Positions 57,251-64,000 of a stretch of DNA of 64,000 nt are shown here, piece after piece (position 1 is the first letter of the stretch; each line of letters starts with the position of its first letter). This stretch comes from an uncultured Candidatus Saccharibacteria bacterium (GTDB lineage: Bacteria; Patescibacteriota; Minisyncoccia; Phycocordibacterales; UBA918). Both the position numbers and the translations under genes were made by a program. The stretch covers positions 7,921 to 71,920 of the forward strand of contig CAYOAM010000003.1 of the NCBI GenBank assembly GCA_964402035.1. The letters run 5' to 3'. The notes under the pieces are model-generated. The model was given only the letters and a program-made list of their open reading frames with translations. It searched no databases and was not told the DNA's origin.

Positions 57251-58906
57251 CTATGCGGTACCCTTTGATTTCGCTGCTTTGATAAATGCGGTAAAGAGTG
57301 GGTGCGGTGACAGTGGCCGCGCGAGGAACTCTGGGTGAAACTGGGTACCGAGGAAAAATGGATGCACCTTGTATGGAAGTTCAGCTATCTCCATGAGTGT
57401 ACCGTCTGGCGAGGTGCCTGAGAACACCATGCCGGCATTTTGTATTGCCTCGATGTATGCAGGATTTACCTCATAGCGATGACGGTGGCGCTCTATGATC
57501 TGCTTTGTGCCGTATGCTTTTTGCGCAATCGTGCCCGCACGCAAATCGCATGCGTAGCTGCCGAGACGCATCGTGCCGCCATAGTCCCCTTTCGCCATCT
57601 TCTCTTTTTGGTCAGGCATGATATCGATCAAAGGATCTTTCGCTTTTGGATTTATTTCTACTGTATTTGCATCTTTGAGTTTTAATACATTGCGTGCATA
57701 TTCGACAACGGCAAGCTGCATACCGTAGCAGAGACCGAAATACGGAATCTTGTGCATACGCGCATATTCAATCACTCGTATTTTTCCTTCGATACCAGTC
57801 TCACCAAAACCTCCAGGTATCAAGATACCGCCATACTTTTTGAGTGTTGCTAGCTTTTTGCGATCTTTCTCAAAGTGCTTTGCGTTCAAAAATTCAATCA
57901 CCGGACGCACTCCCGCAGCGTACGCAGAAAACTTCAAAGCTTCAATAACCGAAATGTATGAATCAGAGAGGACAAAATCCCCTGAATCGAAATATTTTCC
58001 TACAATCGCTATCTTCACTTCTTTTTTTGTATTCTTTGACTTTCGTACAAATGCTTCCCACGGACCAAAGTCAGACTTTTTGCAGTTGAGGCGTAGGGTC
58101 GAGCAGAGTTTTTGACCGAGTTTATCTTTTTCAAAATTGAGCGGTACATCATAGATACTTTTCACATCAGGCGCAGAAATAACATGTTCTGCAGGCACAT
58201 TACAAAAACGGGATATCTTTTCCTTGCGCTTTTCGTCGACCCCTACCGGGCTGCGTGCAATGATAAAATCTGCAAAGACACCCACGGCATTCAGTGAGCG
58301 AACCGCTGTCTGGGTTGGCTTTGTCTTCATCTCACCTATTGAGCCAGGCACCGGCAAATAGCTCACGAGGACGACCGCCACATCCTGTGGGTGCTTGGTC
58401 TTCATCATGCGCGCTGCTTCGAGAAACAGTACGTTTTGGTACTCACCTACCGTCCCACCGATCTCAATAATCGTCACATCCGCATGCGCTTCTTCTGCCG
58501 CGGTTTCAATGCGACGGATGACCTCAAGTGGAATATCAGGCACTACTTCCACATTTTTGCCTTTGTATTCAAGGTTGCGCTCTTTTCGGATCACATCAAG
58601 ATACACACTGCCGGTCGTCATGTAGTTGACCGCTGGCAAGGTGACATCCAAAAAACGTTCATAGTTCCCCATGTCCTGGTCGGTCTCGAGTCCACTTTCA
58701 AGCACAAACACTTCCCCATGCTCCGTTGGATTCATCGTGCCCGCATCGACATTGATATAGGGATCGATTTTGAGCGCGGTCACCATGAGTCCATAGGATC
58801 GTAAAATGCGCCCTATTGACGAGGACGCAATTCCTTTTCCCACCCCTGACATAACTCCGCCGGCCACGAAAATGAATTTTCGTGTTTTTTGTTTTTGTGT
58901 TGCCAT
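57251..58906 (-). CDS. pyrG: CTP synthase
   Basis: GGVMSGVGKG, DPYINVDAGTM, KTKPTQ, GLCYGMQ, RHRHRYE, QFHPE. Confidence 0.98.
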   Translation of the reverse strand: MATQKQKTRKFIFVAGGVMSGVGKGIASSSIGRILRSYGLMVTALKIDPYINVDAGTMNPTEHGEVFVLESGLETDQDMGNYERFLDVTLPAVNYMTTGSVYLDVIRKERNLEYKGKNVEVVPDIPLEVIRRIETAAEEAHADVTIIEIGGTVGEYQNVLFLEAARMMKTKHPQDVAVVLVSYLPVPGSIGEMKTKPTQTAVRSLNAVGVFADFIIARSPVGVDEKRKEKISRFCNVPAEHVISAPDVKSIYDVPLNFEKDKLGQKLCSTLRLNCKKSDFGPWEAFVRKSKNTKKEVKIAIVGKYFDSGDFVLSDSYISVIEALKFSAYAAGVRPVIEFLNAKHFEKDRKKLATLKKYGGILIPGGFGETGIEGKIRVIEYARMHKIPYFGLCYGMQLAVVEYARNVLKLKDANTVEINPKAKDPLIDIMPDQKEKMAKGDYGGTMRLGSYACDLRAGTIAQKAYGTKQIIERHRHRYEVNPAYIEAIQNAGMVFSGTSPDGTLMEIAELPYKVHPFFLGTQFHPEFLARPLSPHPLFTAFIKAAKSKGTA

Positions 58907-58911
58907 AAAAA

Positions 58912-59832
58912 TTATGAGCGCAGATAGCGTGCGATCGCAAGACCGCTTGAGATCATACCCAACAGTATACCGGCACCGATGATGACCAAAAAGATGTGAC
59001 CAAAATTGTTGACGTAGTACTGGAAAATATTGAGTTCAAAGAAGATCTGAGTACCTTTGGCGAGCCATAGTGTGAGTGGGTAGAAGATGAGCAAGGTCAC
59101 AATACCTGCGACAACGCCATACATCATGCCCTGCAAAATAAATGGCCCACGGATAAACATGTTGCCCGCACCGACGAGTCGCATGATGTTGACCTCTTCG
59201 CGTGCTGTATAGATCGCAAGACGTATGGTGTTGAAAGTGATGAGGATCGAAGCCGCAATGAGGATGATGGTTGTGATAAAACTTGCGCGCTGTATAGCAT
59301 CGATGATGGCGGTCAAGCGGTCAATCGCATCTTTGTTTTGGTTGTAGTTTACGCGGTCAATAAACCCACGTTCGGTCGGTGCCAGTTTTTGCTGTTCATC
59401 AAGAAATGCGGCAATACTTTCATACTGCGTGGTCTCCTCGGTGCGGACACGCAGTGCCGCACCGAGAGGATTCTCCCCAAGTTCTTCTAGCGCTTGAATG
59501 ATCTTTTGATCATCATCGTGCTTCTCCTGAAATGCTGCAAGCGCTTCTTCGCGAGATATGTACACCACTTCCTCTACTTCCTTGAGTGCCTCAAGCGAGG
59601 TCTTGAGCGCAAGAACATCGTTTGGCTCCGCGTCCGTTGCAAAATATACATTAATATCTACCTTGTCCTTGATCTGTGCGAGTGATGCATCGAGCAGTTG
59701 TCCGAGGAAAATCACTGAGCCAATCACAAAGAGCGTCACCATCATCACAAAAATGGCCGCAAGCGATACAAAAGCGTTGCGCCAAAAACCCACAAATCCT
59801 GATCGTACTGTTCGTTTAAATGCAATCCACAT
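58912..59832 (-). CDS. ftsX: Cell division permease FtsX
   Basis: NPL, NTIRLAIYTAREEVNIMRLVGA..FIRGPF; next to ftsE. Confidence 0.93.
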   Translation of the reverse strand: MWIAFKRTVRSGFVGFWRNAFVSLAAIFVMMVTLFVIGSVIFLGQLLDASLAQIKDKVDINVYFATDAEPNDVLALKTSLEALKEVEEVVYISREEALAAFQEKHDDDQKIIQALEELGENPLGAALRVRTEETTQYESIAAFLDEQQKLAPTERGFIDRVNYNQNKDAIDRLTAIIDAIQRASFITTIILIAASILITFNTIRLAIYTAREEVNIMRLVGAGNMFIRGPFILQGMMYGVVAGIVTLLIFYPLTLWLAKGTQIFFELNIFQYYVNNFGHIFLVIIGAGILLGMISSGLAIARYLRS

Positions 59833-59837
59833 AAATA

Positions 59838-60515
59838 TTATAGGACGTACTTCCCATCTACATCATCGCGCACAAGGCGCCCGCCGTCCATGGTGATAAC
59901 CCTGCGACCCAAGGCATCGATCACCCCCTTGTTGTGCGTGGTCATGATGACCGTCGTCCCCAGATCGTTGATCTTCTTTAAGATCTGTACGACTTCGTAG
60001 GTAGCGATAGGATCAAGGTTGCCTGTTGGTTCATCAGCAATGATGAGATCAGGCTGATTCACAATCGCACGCGCAATGGCAACACGCTGCTTTTCACCGC
60101 CCGAAAGTTCATGCGGGAAATTCCACATTTTGTCACCAAGATCCACAAGCTCAAGTGCCTGCGGTACATTTTCTGCAATCTCGGCATCTGTGCGCCCATT
60201 TGCCTCCATGGCAAAGGCGATGTTTTCATACGCGGTCTTATTCAACAGAAGTTTAAAATCCTGAAATACTGTACCGATCTTCCTGCGGTAGTGCGGCAAT
60301 CGTCCCTTGGGGATCGTATGGACATTCAATGACTCAAAAAAAACCGCTCCGTCGGTCGGTCGGTCTTCAACAATCAGCATTTTAATGAGTGTGGTCTTTC
60401 CTGCTCCTGAATGACCTACGATCGAAAGAAATTCACCCGGCGCTACCTTAAAGGTGACGTCACGAAGAGCAGCAGAGTTGTTGTATATTTTGGAAACTTT
60501 TTCAAAGTAAATCAT
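59838..60515 (-). CDS. ftsE: Cell division ATP-binding protein FtsE
   Basis: GHSGAGKTT, VFQDFKLL, LSGGEKQRV, ADEPTGNLD. Confidence 0.95.
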   Translation of the reverse strand: MIYFEKVSKIYNNSAALRDVTFKVAPGEFLSIVGHSGAGKTTLIKMLIVEDRPTDGAVFFESLNVHTIPKGRLPHYRRKIGTVFQDFKLLLNKTAYENIAFAMEANGRTDAEIAENVPQALELVDLGDKMWNFPHELSGGEKQRVAIARAIVNQPDLIIADEPTGNLDPIATYEVVQILKKINDLGTTVIMTTHNKGVIDALGRRVITMDGGRLVRDDVDGKYVL

Positions 60516-60549
60516 ATACAAAACGCGCAGAGCGCGTAACCTGTCTATT

Positions 60550-61428
60550 CTACTCCATGTATTTGGAAGCGTCTAGAAATTCTGTTAGATCACCGTCGAG
60601 TACCCGTGAAATATCGCGCACTTCAACGTTTGTTCGGTGATCTTTCACTAGTTGATACGGATGCAACACATAGGAACGGATCTGACTACCCCACTCGATC
60701 TTCATGGTCTTTTCGGTTGAGAGTCCTTTGAGTTCTCGCTTGCGCTGTTCTTCGCGAAACGCGTACAATTTTCCGCTAAGCAATGCGAGTGCACGTTCGC
60801 GATTTTGTTGCTGACTTCGCTCGGTCGACGCAACAACAGAAATATGCGTCGGTACATGAGTAATACGCACCGCAGTCTCGCGCTTATTCACATTTTGTCC
60901 GCCGGCACCACCCGAGCGCGCAAAGGAAACCTCGAGTTCTTCTTCGGGAATTTCCAACTCTTTTGGTGAATCAAATTTTGGTACAACCTCCACAAGCACA
61001 AATGATGTCTGACGCTTGCCCGAAGCATTGAACGGCGACATGCGTACGAGACGGTGAACACCCGATTCATTTTTCAACGTACCATAGGCGCCCTTTCCAC
61101 GGACCTCAAAGGTTATATTGCGGTACCCTCCATGATCATTTCTGTTTTCATCAACAATAGCGGTCTCCCATCCGTGCCGTACCGCACACTGCTGATACAT
61201 CTCAAGCAGCATACGTCCAAAATCCTCGGCGTCATCGCCTCCGGCGCCGGATACGACCGAAATCACTGCGTGATTTCGATCGTACTTTTCTTTCCCTTCC
61301 GCCTCCTCTTTTAGGTCCTGCAGCTCCTTGATCATCGCCTGAGCTTTTTTTGGATCATTCCAAAAATCCGCCTGCTGCATAGCGGCTTCGATTTCTGCGA
61401 TACGTTCTGTCTTCTGACCATCGTGCAT
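60550..61428 (-). CDS. prfB: Peptide chain release factor 2 (short, no frameshift)
   Basis: SPF tripeptide (RMSPF), GAGGQNVNK, EWGSQIRSYV; upstream of ftsE. Confidence 0.93.
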   Translation of the reverse strand: MHDGQKTERIAEIEAAMQQADFWNDPKKAQAMIKELQDLKEEAEGKEKYDRNHAVISVVSGAGGDDAEDFGRMLLEMYQQCAVRHGWETAIVDENRNDHGGYRNITFEVRGKGAYGTLKNESGVHRLVRMSPFNASGKRQTSFVLVEVVPKFDSPKELEIPEEELEVSFARSGGAGGQNVNKRETAVRITHVPTHISVVASTERSQQQNRERALALLSGKLYAFREEQRKRELKGLSTEKTMKIEWGSQIRSYVLHPYQLVKDHRTNVEVRDISRVLDGDLTEFLDASKYME

Positions 61429-61457
61429 AGGCGCAGTATATCAAAAACTGCCCGTAG

Positions 61458-61751
61458 TTACTCGGGCAGTGTCTCCATCTTCAGACGCACCTCGCGCATG
61501 TATGCCTTATGCCTAACAATGTCAGCCATCAGAGCACTGATTAAGTTTTCCCAATCTCTCTTGGGCAATTCCCTCGAAGGAGTGGTGATACTCTCAAAGG
61601 TATCAAGTAAAAATGCATGCAACTTATCGAGTTCTTGCTCCAAGGCAAACAGTAGTCGCAAACCCTCCCCCTTCGTCTCAATATTTTCAAGCGAAAGAGG
61701 GGTGGATTCAAAATCATTTTCCATACCTCCTCCTTCCTCAATTTGAGACAC
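61458..61751 (-). CDS. Hypothetical helical protein
   Basis: 97-aa ORF filling the gap. Confidence 0.5.
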   Translation of the reverse strand: MSQIEEGGGMENDFESTPLSLENIETKGEGLRLLFALEQELDKLHAFLLDTFESITTPSRELPKRDWENLISALMADIVRHKAYMREVRLKMETLPE

Positions 61752-61792
61752 ATCTATCTATTTCATATCATGAAGTAACACGAAAAATACTA

Positions 61793-61845
61793 TTGAAAAA
61801 TAGCCGCATGTATGGTATAATGACAGTGTTGCCTGAAGGAGGTGA
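61793..61845 (+). promoter_or_regulatory. Promoter TTGAAA-N17-TATAAT and strong SD AAGGAGGTGA
   Basis: 61793-61798, 61816-61821, 61836-61845. Confidence 0.7.
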
Positions 61846-61847
61846 CC

Positions 61848-62069
61848 ATGACGCTGTACCGGTTGGACCTTAGGATTTTCGCAAAGAAATTTGTCGGCCC
61901 GCGTCCGTCCCCCGAGAGATTGCTCGGCATGATCGAGATGCTTCGATACATAACAGGGCTCATCGTATCGGCAGGACCGAATGGCGAGGCATTGCACAGA
62001 TTTCTTCTTGAATTAACGACTGAACTTGTGGCTCTGCACGCAGAGTCACTCGACACAAAGGAGGAATAA
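61848..62069 (+). CDS. Small hypothetical protein (73 aa)
   Basis: Own promoter, SD and terminator. Confidence 0.65.
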   Translation: MTLYRLDLRIFAKKFVGPRPSPERLLGMIEMLRYITGLIVSAGPNGEALHRFLLELTTELVALHAESLDTKEE

Positions 62070-62077
62070 GACAGGTG

Positions 62078-62110
62078 AAGCCGGTTGCACAACGTGCAAC
62101 CGGCTTTTTC
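62078..62110 (+). terminator. Intrinsic terminator
   Basis: AAGCCGGTTGCAC-aac-GTGCAACCGGCTT-TTT. Confidence 0.85.
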
Positions 62111-62129
62111 CTTTACCAAAGCTTACCCG

Positions 62130-63734
62130 CTAGCGAGTCTTGAGCGCATCAAGCACCGCTTGAAGACCAATCAAAATATTTGCCAATTGAGAAAGTCGAT
62201 CACTGTGTGTGTCTGCGGCCACTGCGGTTCCTGTATAAATAGCATCCACAAATGCGTACGCTTCTGGATCACCATTTTGCATTTCAGTCTTGCCACCTAT
62301 TTCATTGTTGACCCCAAAGTAAGACTGAGAAAATTCTGCGAAATATTCATCTTGCGTGGTCATGGCATATGTCCCGGGAAATGTATTCCTTGCTTTTGCT
62401 TTTGTAAAGAGAGCGCTCCATTTTGACTTTTCTTGAGGACTAAACCCAAGGTTCATGATCGCATGCCCAAATTCATGATACGTAATGTCTTCATTCCAAA
62501 AGCCGTCGCCGGGCAACTTGAGAAGATTCTCCTCTGATGTAGCGGTGATCGGTTGACCGATCACTCCTCCCCCGCCACGTGTCGAAAATGGAATATACCC
62601 GAGTGTCCTGTCAGCGTATCGTGTGTACTCAGGCAGCACAGATACATAGTCGGTACGAGGAACAATAGCAAGCGCTGCTCCATACCCAACCATGCGGGCG
62701 ACGAGTGCAGGCTGCACGGTTGCCAACATCCTTTCGACTATTGTTTTTGCTACGACGAGAGCCTGCGGATCAACTTTTGCTGCTGCTTTGATCACTATGC
62801 CTTTCGCGAGAACGGTCTGTGTATAATATGCACCAACCGGCACAACAACAGGTGGAGTCGGGGGCGTAGGGGTCACTGGAGGCACGACCACAACAGGTGG
62901 AGTTGCCGGCACTACTGGAGCAGCTACAGGGGTGTTTTGGACAGGGGCTTGCGCTGGAGTTTGTACAACCACAGGCACAACCGGCGACACGACGGGGTTT
63001 GTTGCCACAATCACCCGCGCAGTCTCATCCTGAGACTCTAGTGTATATTTCTTTTTTGTGAGACGGGTATTTTCACCAAAAAGCTCAATCGAGTATACGC
63101 CCGGTGCAAATGGAGTACCAATCTGATGCAACCACTCGCCGTCGACGACCGCAATATTACCGCTCCCATAAACCTTTCCTGCTGCAGTACTAATAGAAAG
63201 TGTGACCACACTCACATTTTTTGCTGTCCCTTCGATACGGGGCTGCGTCAGGAGTGTTTCGAGCGAATTACGATCGATCGAACCCGAGATCTTTTGAGTC
63301 GTGTCTTTCTTGAGACGTGGCGCTACCTGTGTTGTATTTTTTGAGCATGCCTTTGTGATGGCTACACGAGTAAGTGGCCCCACGATCCCCTCGGCGGGTA
63401 TGCCCTGTTCTCGCTGAAACTGCATGACGTACTTTTTAGTCGTATCACCAAAAAAGCCCGTCACGATGTCTGACTGCTTGACTGAGTAACGAGACGCTAG
63501 AAAACGCTGTAGGGTCTCTACAGACACATCCTTCGCCCCCTTCTCTAAAGATTGCGTGAGCGTGGGACACGAAGCACCCGCATTTGCTGTGCCCTGCGTC
63601 TTTTTTTGCAATTCTTTGATTCGCTTTTCTAAAGCTTTAATCTCACGCTCCTGGACTTTTTTGCTCACCGCCAATACTGGAGTACTGTGCAGAAAAAGGA
63701 GCAGAAAGACAACTAACACAATCGAGAATCGCAT
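62130..63734 (-). CDS. Secreted protein: peptidoglycan-binding domain, Ig-like domain, Pro/Val linker, zincin metalloprotease
   Basis: PGBD LQRFL..TGFFG..T..V..FQ..GIVGPLTR; HEFGH..EYFAE. Confidence 0.8.
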   Translation of the reverse strand: MRFSIVLVVFLLLFLHSTPVLAVSKKVQEREIKALEKRIKELQKKTQGTANAGASCPTLTQSLEKGAKDVSVETLQRFLASRYSVKQSDIVTGFFGDTTKKYVMQFQREQGIPAEGIVGPLTRVAITKACSKNTTQVAPRLKKDTTQKISGSIDRNSLETLLTQPRIEGTAKNVSVVTLSISTAAGKVYGSGNIAVVDGEWLHQIGTPFAPGVYSIELFGENTRLTKKKYTLESQDETARVIVATNPVVSPVVPVVVQTPAQAPVQNTPVAAPVVPATPPVVVVPPVTPTPPTPPVVVPVGAYYTQTVLAKGIVIKAAAKVDPQALVVAKTIVERMLATVQPALVARMVGYGAALAIVPRTDYVSVLPEYTRYADRTLGYIPFSTRGGGGVIGQPITATSEENLLKLPGDGFWNEDITYHEFGHAIMNLGFSPQEKSKWSALFTKAKARNTFPGTYAMTTQDEYFAEFSQSYFGVNNEIGGKTEMQNGDPEAYAFVDAIYTGTAVAADTHSDRLSQLANILIGLQAVLDALKTR

Positions 63735-63795
63735 GCCTAAAAATTAACTAATATAAGGAGAAACTTCCTATAACAGGATAGCATGTCCCACTAAC

Positions 63796-63823
63796 GAAAA
63801 ATGCCCCGATGTGGGCATTTTTC
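63796..63823. terminator. Hairpin terminator
   Basis: GAAAAATGCCC-cgatgt-GGGCATTTTTC. Confidence 0.7.
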
Positions 63824-64000
63824 CTTGATGATTTTTTGAGCCATCTTCTTACAGAAGCAGTACACCATTAGGATATATTATTTCATTCCACCTCAGTGCG
63901 AATTCATAATCTATCTCAATAGGTCCACTATGTTCTCCCAGCACATAGTGCCCAGGATTGAACATTGCCTGCTTTTTAGCAGCCTCACAGATTCAGTACA

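Noticed and set aside
63840-64000. 3' end of a minus-strand gene at the window edge
   Set aside because: Frame ambiguous and fragment too short to call
1-64000. Alternative genetic code (TGA=Gly, code 25) and the many antisense ORFs in the track
   Set aside because: Conserved genes are intact under code 11, several end in TGA, and RF2 is present; the overlapping ORFs are shadows of real genes

Overview
This 64-kb window is chromosomal DNA in the standard code 11 (TGA used as stop). Gene content and style suggest a Patescibacteria/CPR bacterium, probably Parcubacteria (inference from the minimal RF2, Fe-S-less repair enzymes, cohesin/dockerin surface genes and many small membrane proteins). 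Housekeeping genes are rnj, mutY, nth, rlmB, pyrG, ftsX/ftsE, prfB, tRNA-Gln(CUG), htrA, hsp20 and dsbB. The window also has a GH1/GH-A/EamA cluster, an RND pump, and about 19 kb of small accessory genes ending at the tRNA. No integrase, transposase, reverse transcriptase, Cas gene or CRISPR array was recognised. Most notable observations: (1) a ~475-nt GC-rich, multi-hairpin non-coding unit at 13.17-13.64 kb with its own sigma70-type promoter and terminator, bracketed by REP-like palindromes; (2) a 7-gene surface-appendage operon (23.5-34.7 kb) combining two membrane-anchored cohesins, a dockerin, a DUF916/WxLIP-like protein and two proteins sharing a WxL/pilin-like C-terminal domain, one with an apparently exact 1622-bp internal duplication; (3) a foldable element behind tRNA-Gln carrying both an antisense and a direct copy of the tRNA 3' end; (4) a -10 box 6-7 nt before the start codon in at least 16 genes, implying leaderless mRNAs; (5) a 164-bp three-way-junction element, several enzymes that have lost catalytic or metal ligands, a frameshifted cytochrome b5-like gene, and two small ORFs missed by the ORF track. 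All family assignments come from motif recognition by eye; no database searches were run.
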